64,000 nt of DNA from Thermoplasmata archaeon (GTDB lineage Archaea; Thermoplasmatota; Thermoplasmata; GCA-020350865), in contig CP070751.1 of the NCBI GenBank assembly GCA_020348445.1, forward strand, positions 4,000,662 through 4,064,661. The letters run 5' to 3'. The position numbers were made by a program, and so were the translations under genes. Positions 30,002 through 40,500 of this stretch are shown here, in pieces (the stretch's first letter is position 1; each line of letters starts with the position of its first letter). The notes beneath the pieces are model-generated. The model had not been told where the DNA came from, did no database searches, and saw only the letters and a program-made list of their open reading frames with translations.

Positions 30002-30619
30002 ATGGTCTTAGGAATTGTTTTAATAGTCGTCTTAATGTTGACAGCGGTCTTTGCAGGCTGTGTGTCAGAGGATATCGAACCCGAGAATGGCAATTCCAAG
30101 GAGACCGAGGATCAGCCTGACGCTGATGAGGTTCCAGATGACACTGATGAGGTTCCGGATGAAGGGGATGGAAACGAAAGCGAACCTCCCGAAACTGACG
30201 GGGCAGAAGCAGAAGGGACGACAGGAGCCGAGGGTACGGTGGAAGCCCTTGCTCAAGCATCACCCGAAACAGTGACAGAGACTTTGGAACTGCATATCCC
30301 CGAGGATAAAATAACGGGCGTCGATTTCGTTATAAGGGTCGAAGACGGAGACGAAGAAACCAATCCCGATGAGGTTAGCGGAAGCATCGATAGTACCGAT
30401 GGGTACACTGAACCTCTACCAAAAGGACAAACCCCCTATAGCAAGACCATTGCCATTAAGCCTCCAAAAGGTCAATACCTACCAGAGGATTGGATTATTA
30501 CCCTAGAGGTGGTATGCCATGCAAGTGATGACCAATGGCCAGGCCCCTTAATGTGGGTCGGAAGCCCTGATAATGGTTTCTCTTACAATGTCAGTGCTAC
30601 ATACAAATATCTTATATAA
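30002..30619 (+). CDS. Secreted lipoprotein with acidic linker (unknown function)
   Basis: Hydrophobic leader ending LTAVFAGC (lipobox); D/E-rich linker; ATG 30002 with gaggt RBS (ORF track starts 29960). Confidence 0.8.
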   Translation: MVLGIVLIVVLMLTAVFAGCVSEDIEPENGNSKETEDQPDADEVPDDTDEVPDEGDGNESEPPETDGAEAEGTTGAEGTVEALAQASPETVTETLELHIPEDKITGVDFVIRVEDGDEETNPDEVSGSIDSTDGYTEPLPKGQTPYSKTIAIKPPKGQYLPEDWIITLEVVCHASDDQWPGPLMWVGSPDNGFSYNVSATYKYLI

Positions 30620-30698
30620 GCTGAGCAAGGTTGAATTTGGGGTTTAATAACTATTATATATGAACAAACAAACTTGTGGATCGAATAGATTTATTAAC

Positions 30699-30792
30699 AT
30701 ATCCTACCGGTCTTCGGAAACCCCCTTTATTACTATTTTTTACAGGGGGTTGTGGTAAGCTGGTTACCGGAGTTTGAATCCTCACGAGTCCG
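30699..30792 (+). pseudogene. Degenerate 5'-truncated duplicate of tRNA-Arg(TCG) with a 40-nt intron at 37/38 (att-like scar)
   Basis: atatcct a ccggt ct tcg g [30718-30757] a gctgg ttac cggag tttgaat cctca cgagtcc g; no 5' acceptor strand; T-arm mismatches. Confidence 0.8.
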
Positions 30793-30866
30793 CTCTATTT
30801 TATAATTGTCTTAATATGCGGACTCGTGCGTTATCAGATATATCATGAAAAAGCCTAACCAATTAA

Positions 30867-33800
30867 TTAATCAAGAGGCGGCGGTGGTGGTAGTTCCTCC
30901 TCAACACGGGGTGGGGGTGGGTGCTCCAGATCGTCAGATGATGGTTTTGGAGGTGGTGATGGCTTGGTTTCATCTGTTTTCTCTAGAACGTCATCTGTTC
31001 TTTCTTCAGATGCAGCCTTTTCATCAACTGGCCCTGGTCCTTTTGCTGCTTCTGGTTTCTCCTTCCTCAAGGCAAACCACAAGATAATAACACATAAAAC
31101 TATAATTACAAGAATTAAGAGCCAGATCCATGGAATGTCCTCTGGTTGAGAGTCTTTAGGCTCCTCTTCTACAAAATCCTCGGATTTTATAGTTATTAAA
31201 GCACTAGCGCTCTTTCCACCAGCAGTAACATTCACATAACAAATGCCTTCATTTGATGACGCTGAAAAAGTAGCTATTTGTAAGCCCTGGGGGGAGATCG
31301 TGCCAAGATCATTATTTACACTCCACATATATGTAATACCAGTTAAGGGATTGTCCTGTAAATCATAAGCCTGCGCTATTAAAACCACTGTTCCGTTTAT
31401 GGGAATGCCCACCTGAGAGGGTGTGACTATAAGCGAATTCACAAAGACTGTTGTAAAATTCCAAGAGCGTGGAACTGGACCTGATAATAAATCATTACCT
31501 GCTTTATCTTTTCCAGCAAGGATATCAAAGGTATAAGTAGTTCCTATTTCAAATGAATTATGAGATAAAGTAATAACTTTGTTTCCGTCGCTCCAACTAA
31601 TAAACCATCCTCCTGGGTCTGGGGAACAGATATACTCTATCGAGGTTGTGTCCATTACCTCGCTAAATGTGACTTGGACATTAGAGTTGGGTTCCACATT
31701 GACCGCATTATCAGCTGGATATATCGCACTAATTTGCGGTGCAATCAAATCCCCCGAGGTGGTAAATGACCAGGGATTCAGAACTGCACCCTGATTAATA
31801 TTATTTCCCGAAATATCTTTTGCAGTGGTAACTTGAAAAGAATAGGTGGTTGCAATTGCAAATGGATTGTGGGATAAGGTCAAAACCGTATTTCCGTTGC
31901 TCCAGATTTCAGACCATCCTCCTAGATCAGGTGTACAAATATATGTTAGCGATAATGGATCTATTTCTTCGCTGAAAGTTATCTCGATATTTGCATCCGG
32001 ATCCACATTTTCTGCATTGTCAGCAGGTGATGTTATACTTATTTGTGGTGCAACATAGTCACCGGTAGTTGTGAATGACCAGGGATTGGGAACCATGCTT
32101 GGATTAAGGTCATTTCCTGAGATATCCTTTGCACCTGTAATCTGGAATATATACATGGTTTTCTGTGCAAATTCATTATGTGAAAATGTAGCAATTTTAT
32201 CATTATTGGTCCATGTTATGATCCAACCCAATGGGTCTGGAGAACATGCATATGTAACGGAGGTTGTATCCATCTGTTCATTGAAATATACTACTATAGC
32301 TGCGGTAGTCGTATCATTTTCCGAACCGTCCGCAGGTGAGGTGGAGGTGATCTCGGGCCCTACAACATCTAAAGTAGTAAATGACCATGGATTTTGAACT
32401 GGTCCGTCCACAAGATCGTTTCCGCCAATATCTTTTCCGCTTGTGATTTCAAATAAGTATGTAGTCTTACTACCAAAATCGTCATGTGTATATGTAGCTA
32501 CAGAGTTCATATTGCTCCAAGATACATCCCACCCGCCAGGATTTGGTGAACACGTATATGATACGGTGGTGATATTCATAGGCTCACTGAACATTACCAC
32601 TATGCTCTTATTCAAGGCAATATCGACATAATCATCTTCAGGCGACGTTAATATTATTGTGGGCTCCACAACATCTTTGGTTGTAAATGAGAATTGATAG
32701 GGTTCTTTTAGTTGATTTCCCAGCACGTCTTTCGCATCTATCATGATATTGATTATGTAGATTGTTAAGGAACTTAGCGTAGATGATGGCTCGAAGGAAA
32801 CAGTCATTTCTCCGTTACTCCAGCTGAAATTCGTTGGTGTAAGTCCGCCTGAAATTGTAATTGCATTTTCAGTTGCAGTAAGGTTCATTTTAATTGAGAA
32901 GGTAATGGATATCAACGGTGTTACAGAGATATTCAAGTCCCCATCTTCTGGTGTTGTGTTTTCTACATGGGGTGCTGTGATGTTCGCGGGTTCTATTAGT
33001 GGGTACCAATCTTTACTGCCACCGCCTGGAACATCATACGGAATATCTCCAATACCGTCCTCATTTGCATCAAAACCTGTATAATCGTCCCACCAGTTGC
33101 CTTCTGCACTGTCATCCCAGTCGTTTAACTGAGTTGTGGAATCATGAGCGTTCTGGAGGTTGTTTTTAAAATTGTTATGATGCACTATGTTATCTACTGA
33201 GTCTGTGATGTTCATGCCAAGTTCGGGGTGGTCCATAATATCGTTACGAATAATGGTATTTATATTTGAGTTACCATTAACAAAGATACCTGTTTGGTTA
33301 TTTGAGGTAATGTTGTTATTCTGGATTTTGTTACTATGTGAAGAGTTTGTTATGTTGATAGCACTCCAATTGTTGTTGGCTATTTTATTATAGCTGATTG
33401 TACTGGAATTGGTGGAATCTAAGAGAACGCCGTCGTTGAGGTTATTGGAAATGTTGTTGATATAAACTATATGCGAGTCTATTCTCAATAATTTAATGCC
33501 GATTAAGTTGGAGAAGATCGTGTTTTTATATAGATGTGAGTTTTCCCATGATACAGAGGTGTTATCGGATTGTGCGTAAATCCCAGAACCATTGGTTTGC
33601 AGACTGATGGTATTCGAATATATGAAATTATCTTGAACATATAAGTTGCCGGTCCTGGAGTTGCCATACATATAAATGCCATTTTGGTCGTTTGAATAGA
33701 TTGTGTTGGAATATATATCATTGTATTGGAAATAGGCATATCTGTCTACTCTATCGGAATCAAAAAAAACATATATGTACAAGCCATTTTGATTGTTTGA

Positions 33801-35735
33801 ATGGATTATATTAGAATGGATATTATTATATTGAAGCTCAAGGACATACCAGCGAGTATGGATAAATAAATAGATACCATTTTGATCATTTGAATGAATA
33901 GTATTAGAATATATGTTATTATATTCAAAATAGGAACCGTCGACTCCATAGCAGTGAAAAAAAATACCGTTTTGGTTGTTGGAAAAAATAGTATTGGAAT
34001 ATATATTGTTGTATCGAAAATAAGAGCATTCATTTGGAATATAACTGGTGTTGAAAAAGATTCCATTTTGGGAGTTTGAATAGATAGTGTTATTAAAGAT
34101 GTTATTATATTGGAAATAATACCATTCCCACTCAGCTTTTAAGTTGAAATGAATGCCATTTTTATTGTTTGAATATATGGAGTTATTGTTTACTTTATTA
34201 TATGAAATATATAAAGTATAAGAGTAAGAGAAGACTTCGAAATAAATGCCATTTTGATTGTTAGAATTTATGGTATTATTGTGGATGCAATTGTATTGGA
34301 AATACGGGGAATAGGTATATTCTTCGGCGTAGGTGTTAAAATAAATACCATTTCTATTGTTTGAATATATTGTGTTAATGAAGATATTATTATATTGAAT
34401 ATATGAATGATGTCGGCAGTAACGATCAGCAAATGTTTTAAAATAAATGCCATTTTGAGTATTGGAATATATTTTATTGGAATATATATTATTGTATTGG
34501 AGATTCAATGTTGAATCTGTTGAATAAACATAGAAATAAATCCCATTATTTTCGTTCCCGGAAATTGTGCAATTTTGAATAGTGTTATTTTCTTGGATCT
34601 CACTCCCATTAAATATTATGCCATTTAATCCATTTTCGGAGATATTTGAATCGGTAATATTAACATAAGTTGCACCATAAAGTTCGATTCCATCTTCTGA
34701 GTTATTCCAGATTTCAGAGTTTTTGATTGTAATGTTAGATACAGAATCCCCCGAGTAAATTCCCGCGTTCCCTTTGTTTTTAGATATATTGCAATCCATA
34801 ATATCCACATATAATGAACCTTCTAGGTCAATACCTGATCCATCGTTATCTCGGATAATACAGTTTTCAATCCATTGATTCTCCGAAGCACAGCCTAAGT
34901 CAATCCCCGTGCCGTCGTTGCCAATGATTCGGGAATCTGCAATATTGTTGTTGCCATTACCATTAAAATCGATTCCATTGTCCTGATTTTCAAATACAGT
35001 TACATTTGTTATTTCTATATAGCTTGAATTCAAACCCAGTTCGATTCCACCCCCGGTATTTTTTGATACGTATGTGTTCATGATAGTATTATTACTCGAG
35101 GATCTCACGTAGATTCCAAAAGCCCGATTCTGGTTTACAAACGATTTATTTATAATGTTATATTCCGAGATCAGCAAGGTGATGCCATTGCTGTAGCTGG
35201 AGGTCACAGTTGTATTGTATATGATGTTACCTGATGTTTCTTTGAGGTAGATCCCATCGCCTGTATTGTTGGATATCTTGCAGTTCGAGATGCGGTTTTT
35301 TGTGTTTGCACACATGATGTACAGTGGGTAGTCACCAAATGAGATTTCGCAATAATCCATTATGTTGTTCGCTCCGTGAAGTCTGATTCGATGCCAGTCA
35401 CCCTTTGCAGGCACGCCTTGATTTGATGTGAACAGAATCGGTGATCCGGGTGTGCCCTGGGCAATGAGCGTGCCATTCACGATCAAGCTGTAAAGTCCAT
35501 CGAACTTCACCTCGACTCCCGGCTCTATGGTCAATGTGACTCCAGGCTCCACAGTCACATCTCCGGTGACGATAAATGGGCTATCAGTTTGATACCATAT
35601 CGTATTCAGGGTAATTGAGCCACTCACATAAGTCGGGCCAGGTGCTCTTGCTTGATTTGTTACCGCAAATAATCCTAAAAAACCACAAATTACGAGCAAT
35701 CCCACAATTCCAGTAGAGATTATTCTGTTCTTCAT
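30867..35735 (-). CDS. 1622-aa surface protein: parallel beta-helix (pectin-lyase/NosD-like), five Big_5/SbsA-type Ig domains, TM helix and Pro-rich tail
   Basis: Signal peptide; SPFIVTGDVTVEPGVTLTIEPGV start; N.I..N...GI repeats; NDWDD...GNWWDDY.G.D; P.I..TSP.D....V..FSE.MD repeats; WIWLLILVIIVLCVIILWFAL. Confidence 0.9.
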   Translation of the reverse strand: MKNRIISTGIVGLLVICGFLGLFAVTNQARAPGPTYVSGSITLNTIWYQTDSPFIVTGDVTVEPGVTLTIEPGVEVKFDGLYSLIVNGTLIAQGTPGSPILFTSNQGVPAKGDWHRIRLHGANNIMDYCEISFGDYPLYIMCANTKNRISNCKISNNTGDGIYLKETSGNIIYNTTVTSSYSNGITLLISEYNIINKSFVNQNRAFGIYVRSSSNNTIMNTYVSKNTGGGIELGLNSSYIEITNVTVFENQDNGIDFNGNGNNNIADSRIIGNDGTGIDLGCASENQWIENCIIRDNDGSGIDLEGSLYVDIMDCNISKNKGNAGIYSGDSVSNITIKNSEIWNNSEDGIELYGATYVNITDSNISENGLNGIIFNGSEIQENNTIQNCTISGNENNGIYFYVYSTDSTLNLQYNNIYSNKIYSNTQNGIYFKTFADRYCRHHSYIQYNNIFINTIYSNNRNGIYFNTYAEEYTYSPYFQYNCIHNNTINSNNQNGIYFEVFSYSYTLYISYNKVNNNSIYSNNKNGIHFNLKAEWEWYYFQYNNIFNNTIYSNSQNGIFFNTSYIPNECSYFRYNNIYSNTIFSNNQNGIFFHCYGVDGSYFEYNNIYSNTIHSNDQNGIYLFIHTRWYVLELQYNNIHSNIIHSNNQNGLYIYVFFDSDRVDRYAYFQYNDIYSNTIYSNDQNGIYMYGNSRTGNLYVQDNFIYSNTISLQTNGSGIYAQSDNTSVSWENSHLYKNTIFSNLIGIKLLRIDSHIVYINNISNNLNDGVLLDSTNSSTISYNKIANNNWSAINITNSSHSNKIQNNNITSNNQTGIFVNGNSNINTIIRNDIMDHPELGMNITDSVDNIVHHNNFKNNLQNAHDSTTQLNDWDDSAEGNWWDDYTGFDANEDGIGDIPYDVPGGGSKDWYPLIEPANITAPHVENTTPEDGDLNISVTPLISITFSIKMNLTATENAITISGGLTPTNFSWSNGEMTVSFEPSSTLSSLTIYIINIMIDAKDVLGNQLKEPYQFSFTTKDVVEPTIILTSPEDDYVDIALNKSIVVMFSEPMNITTVSYTCSPNPGGWDVSWSNMNSVATYTHDDFGSKTTYLFEITSGKDIGGNDLVDGPVQNPWSFTTLDVVGPEITSTSPADGSENDTTTAAIVVYFNEQMDTTSVTYACSPDPLGWIITWTNNDKIATFSHNEFAQKTMYIFQITGAKDISGNDLNPSMVPNPWSFTTTGDYVAPQISITSPADNAENVDPDANIEITFSEEIDPLSLTYICTPDLGGWSEIWSNGNTVLTLSHNPFAIATTYSFQVTTAKDISGNNINQGAVLNPWSFTTSGDLIAPQISAIYPADNAVNVEPNSNVQVTFSEVMDTTSIEYICSPDPGGWFISWSDGNKVITLSHNSFEIGTTYTFDILAGKDKAGNDLLSGPVPRSWNFTTVFVNSLIVTPSQVGIPINGTVVLIAQAYDLQDNPLTGITYMWSVNNDLGTISPQGLQIATFSASSNEGICYVNVTAGGKSASALITIKSEDFVEEEPKDSQPEDIPWIWLLILVIIVLCVIILWFALRKEKPEAAKGPGPVDEKAASEERTDDVLEKTDETKPSPPPKPSSDDLEHPPPPRVEEELPPPPPLD

Positions 35736-35866
35736 ATAACCCCTCCTATCAATGAAGTGTGCATATGAATTATTGTATTATTGTATTTGAATATACTTGT
35801 ATCATATTTATAATTACTGAAAGATTTTTCGATAGAAATCGGATACCCAATGAATCTTATGTAAAA

Positions 35867-36412
35867 TCAAAGCATTTCCTTCAATATTTTCTTACTTAAT
35901 ATGTCAAAAGCAAAATTCACATTAAGTCCTGTTTTCGCTGAAGAGAGATAGGCTCCGGGGCTTTCATACCCGGCTGCAAAGCTCTTAATCTCATTTAATC
36001 CTATTTCTTGGAAATCCAAAAGATCGCTTTTATTTCCAAGAAACACTGTTGGGATCTCATCGTCACCACTTTGTACTCCATCTATCCACCCGTCTAAACC
36101 TGGTAACGTTTTCTCCCTTGTGTTGTCACATACCGCCACAATTCCCTGGACCCCTAAAAAATACGCTTTCTGAAGTAACTTACGAAAGTCTTGTTTTCCC
36201 ATGATATCCCATATATAAAGTTGGACATCGACGGGCTTTTTTGTTTTTGGGTGCTGAATTGTTATCTTTTTTGTTGTGACCTTTGTTCCTATTGTGCAAA
36301 TGTAGCTATCTGAATATTCATTAAAAACATATCTTCTTATTAAGCAAGTTTTTCCTACAGCCAGGTCACCTACTAGACAGATTTTGAATTTGAAAAGGTG
36401 GGCTTCTGACAT
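35867..36412 (-). CDS. Small Ras-superfamily (Rab/Roc-like) GTPase
   Basis: G1 GDLAVGKT, G2 TIG, G3 WDIMGKQ, G4 NKSD, G5 SAK; no C-terminal prenylation motif. Confidence 0.92.
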   Translation of the reverse strand: MSEAHLFKFKICLVGDLAVGKTCLIRRYVFNEYSDSYICTIGTKVTTKKITIQHPKTKKPVDVQLYIWDIMGKQDFRKLLQKAYFLGVQGIVAVCDNTREKTLPGLDGWIDGVQSGDDEIPTVFLGNKSDLLDFQEIGLNEIKSFAAGYESPGAYLSSAKTGLNVNFAFDILSKKILKEML

Positions 36413-36667
36413 AATTTCCCTTCGGCTAGTTCTTAATCTATAGGTAAGATTACAAAAATAAAACTTTTTTAGGACCCTATAAAGGTTGACCTGCGATTAT
36501 CCTAACTGATAATTTATCAATTTCAGCAACCAGCATATATAAAGTTAAATATGATAATATTATTACCCAATCAAAAAGTGCCAAGCGATGATATAAAACA
36601 GAGCATCCAGAATGTCCTTATAATGTTCGGTTAAAAATACGCTAAAAGCTACGGTAACTGTGGATTT

Positions 36668-37342
36668 ATGAACGAAAATATTCATCTTAGCAAGGATAAT
36701 CTTTGGCAAGAGAGAACTCCGATTTATTATGGGAAAAAGACAGAGCTAAAACTCTACTCGATTATTCGAAATGTGTATGATCGATTTCTCTACCCGGTCA
36801 GAAATAAATATCTCGCAGATTATCTCATTAATTTTGTTTCCCATGGAGACTCGTTACTCGACATCGGCTGTGCGGAAGGAACAATTCCATACCTGATGTC
36901 GCAGAAGAAGAAAATTGCGGTTCATGGGGTGGATGTGTATTTTAAAAGCAGACCCCTAATCCCTTCCAGCCGATATGATGGTTCCACTCTTCCCTTCGAA
37001 AACAAACAGTTCAACTACTCTATGGCTGTGGATGTTCTGCACCACTGTGAGGATATAAAGGCAACCCTACAAGAAATGATGAGGGTGTCTGGCGGTATTA
37101 TTATCAAGGATCATTATTATAAAAATGATTGGGACAGATTCCTCTTGAAGTTGTTTGATGTCTGCGCAAATAAACCCTACGGTGTAAATATCCAGTTTAA
37201 CTTTAAAAGATGGGAGCAGTGGGAAAAGATTTTTAATGAACTCGATTTGGATTATACTTATTTAGACAAGCAAATGGATTGCACAAGATTAGGTCCTATT
37301 AAGCATTTCTGCATCCTCTTGGAAGAAAATGGAAAGAAATGA
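36668..37342 (+). CDS. Class I SAM-dependent methyltransferase (type 11-like)
   Basis: LLDIGCAEG, GVDV, YDG..LPF....F......DVLHH. Confidence 0.9.
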   Translation: MNENIHLSKDNLWQERTPIYYGKKTELKLYSIIRNVYDRFLYPVRNKYLADYLINFVSHGDSLLDIGCAEGTIPYLMSQKKKIAVHGVDVYFKSRPLIPSSRYDGSTLPFENKQFNYSMAVDVLHHCEDIKATLQEMMRVSGGIIIKDHYYKNDWDRFLLKLFDVCANKPYGVNIQFNFKRWEQWEKIFNELDLDYTYLDKQMDCTRLGPIKHFCILLEENGKK

Positions 37343-37566
37343 GAATTAAAGAAGAATTGAATTGCACCTGGCAAATCCTGGATTTATACCTATGAATCAT
37401 TCCTATTTATTCTAAAATACACTAGAATTACCGATTTTGATTTTCACTCGTGATTATCATTAATAAAAAGAAATCCAAATTATCTGGGTGTATGGAACAT
37501 ATATTCTAAAATGATAATATTGTAAATACGTTTAAAATATATGAATAAGAATAGATAATTGTTACA

Positions 37567-40500
37567 ATGAGTCAGGAAGATTTTGATGATGATGATGATT
37601 TTGGCCTAGGAGCCTTACTCGAAGACGAAGACCTCTTCAAACCAAAGAGCGGAAAGGGTCATAAAATAGGTACAGAGGATTCAGATGCCGATTTGGCAAA
37701 AGAGAATCTCGAGCTAATTGCATTGAAAAAACAGCTCGAAATAGATCCTAAGAACGTTGATCTACTTATTAAGGGCGCCAATTTACTAAGGGGTACAAAA
37801 AAAATCGATGATGCTATAGATTACATTGATAGAGCACTGGAGGCAAATCCAAATCATGCAGAGGCTTTGAATATGAAGGGTCAGCTGCTTGTTGACTTGA
37901 ATTCAGCAAGTGAGGCTATACACTATTTCACCAAAGCGATCTATGCCAATCCTCAACTTGAAGCGGCTTGGTTAAACAAGGCCATCGTGTTGGAGCAAGA
38001 AGGTGCTGTAAATGAGGCGCTTTACAACCTGGATATGGTTTTAAAGATTAATCCTGATAATGCGAAAGCTAGAAACCTAAGGAGCTTGATTTTGGAGATC
38101 GAAGTTAGGCCAAAGCGGGCCTGGTTATTTGTTGGCACAGAGGAAACTTGGAACGAGAAGTTCAAAATAGGTGGATCTTGGGGAATGCATGAAAATGCAC
38201 TGGATATTGAGTCATTCCTAAATGTGGGAAAAGGAGATTTGATAATAGCTTTTAAAAGGAAACCCGTGAACATGATCTTCGCAGTTATGGAGGTTCGCAC
38301 CCCAATATACACTGACTTCTCAACTATGTGGCGTCATAGAATAGATATAGAACCAAGAATAAGGTTGAAAAAACCGATCTCCTTAAACGTACTCAAGAGA
38401 TCCCCTCAACTTGTTGAGATATGGAACTTTATAAGGAACCCTGATACGAAAAGGACGGTCTTTGAAATAGAGCCTGAGAGCTGGGAATTACTCAAAGAGT
38501 TGATATTTAGTTATAATTCCGATTTAAAAAAGGATGCTCTTGAGATGGAGATCAGGAGCAAAGACATGGCAATGATATATGACATGGATATAAATGCCAT
38601 TACAAACAAGGTATTTGTTCCACCCCGGGTGTTGAACGAGATTCAGACGCATTTAAAGAGCGGAAGGAACATAATCCTGTACGGACCTCCTGGATCTGGA
38701 AAAGAACAGCTTGCACAACTAATAGCAGAGCAAATCTGCGGTAAGAGATTTAAAAGCGAAGGTCATGATTTTACAAATTTCACGGCACAAATGGCCAATC
38801 CCCTTTGGAATGATGAGGATATCATGGGATTCTGGGAAAACCAAGGTGACAAAACCGTATTTCGCAAGGGGTTCGGCATTCAGGCCATTGAATTGTGCGA
38901 GGACTCCATCAGAAATTCCAATAGGCCCCATTATCTTATCATCAATAAAATGAACAAACTGGATCTGGATAGAGCTTTTAACAGGTTCTTGAATGTCGTT
39001 GGTGAAAAGGATACATCTGTGGCACTATCGCTCCACCGTGGTGAAACCCTCACCCTCAGAGTGCCGAAAGAATTCCGCATCATTGGGACGGCAGATTCAG
39101 ACGAATGGTCGATACCTGAGAATCTTCTTCCTCTCAGAGGTCAATTTTCATTTATCGAGGTTAGTGTACCAGAGAAATCACTTGAATATGAGGAGATTCC
39201 GTTTTTGGTGAGGGAGCGGTTGGTCTATCTTGGCACATTGAATCAAGATGATCTGTTAAAACAAGAATTCAAAGGTGCAGAAATCACCATGTCAAGGTTC
39301 GATAATGACCCTGATGGAGAAATACAAAAGGCATACGACAAGCTAATTGAATTCGTATCCAAGGACAAGTACCCTCCCAAGGGAACTGTTCTGCCAAGGG
39401 GTATTAGAACGTACAGGGCCATTGGTACAAGACTTCTTGTGGAAACCATGCTGTGTGTTGCAAATGCCCCCTATAGAATCAGCAAGGAAAAAGCCCTTGA
39501 GGATGCAATAATGTCCATTTTCCTACCCATTTTGGAAAAGATGGAAGCTGCCGAGCTTTACAATATAGAACTTAAGGCAAAAGAGGTGTTTGGCTTAAGA
39601 TCGAATGTGGTGGATATGATTACGGCTTTAATAAGCATGCAGAAAGGTCCTGGCGAATTGGAGGACGAGGACGGGATGAAGGTTGATGACTGGACAGATG
39701 AAGACGAGGATGAGGATGCTTATATATCAAATAAGGATGTTGAAGCCGTTGAGATAAATTATGATATCGATCTCACCCCAATATTTGATCACCTATCGAT
39801 TTCCAAGAAGACATTGGACCAAATACTGGTTAATCTTGAAAGTGGAAGAAATATAATCCTCTATGGAGCTCCAGGATGCGGCAAGACAAAGGTTGCTACA
39901 CTGCTTTTGGCGCTGATTTGTGGTAAAATGACCCTAAAGAATGGGCAGCAAAGACCCAACTTCACAATCGTCACTGCCAATGCCGAATGGGACAACTACG
40001 ATATAGTTGGAGGTGTTGCACCTAAGGTTGATGAATATACAAAGGAAATCTCATACGAGTTTCGGGATGGATGCGTTACCCAGGCGGTCAAGGATTGTTT
40101 AAGATCCCTTAAGAGGATAGGAAGACCCCATCACTTGATCATAGATGAGTTCAATCGCGCCAACATAGACGAGGCTTTTGGAAAGCTCTTTACGATTTTC
40201 GAGTACAGAGATACCCAGGCCTTGCTCACCTCCGAGGAAAACAGAGGCGACGCGCTCTATCTGCCCCGCCAATTTCGAGTCATTGGGACCATGAATGTGC
40301 AGGACAAGAACACGCTGTTCGATATAGGTCATGCCCTGATGAGAAGGTTCGCCTTTATCGAGGTTGGGCTGCCTGATAAGGAGGACGAGTTCTCTCGTAT
40401 GCCACATTTCGTGGAATTACGGGCCAAGGAGATGGGAATTATCTTAAAAGGGGATAAGACAGAAAAATCCCTGTTCAGAGGCGATCCCGAAGGAAAGGCG

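Noticed and set aside
33630-34560. DGR target region
   Set aside because: Asn-rich and variable, but there is no reverse transcriptase and no template/variable repeat pair differing only at adenines
36668-37342. Cognate DNA methyltransferase for the McrBC-like pair
   Set aside because: Lacks DPPY/NPPY or PC catalytic motifs; it looks like a small-molecule type 11 methyltransferase
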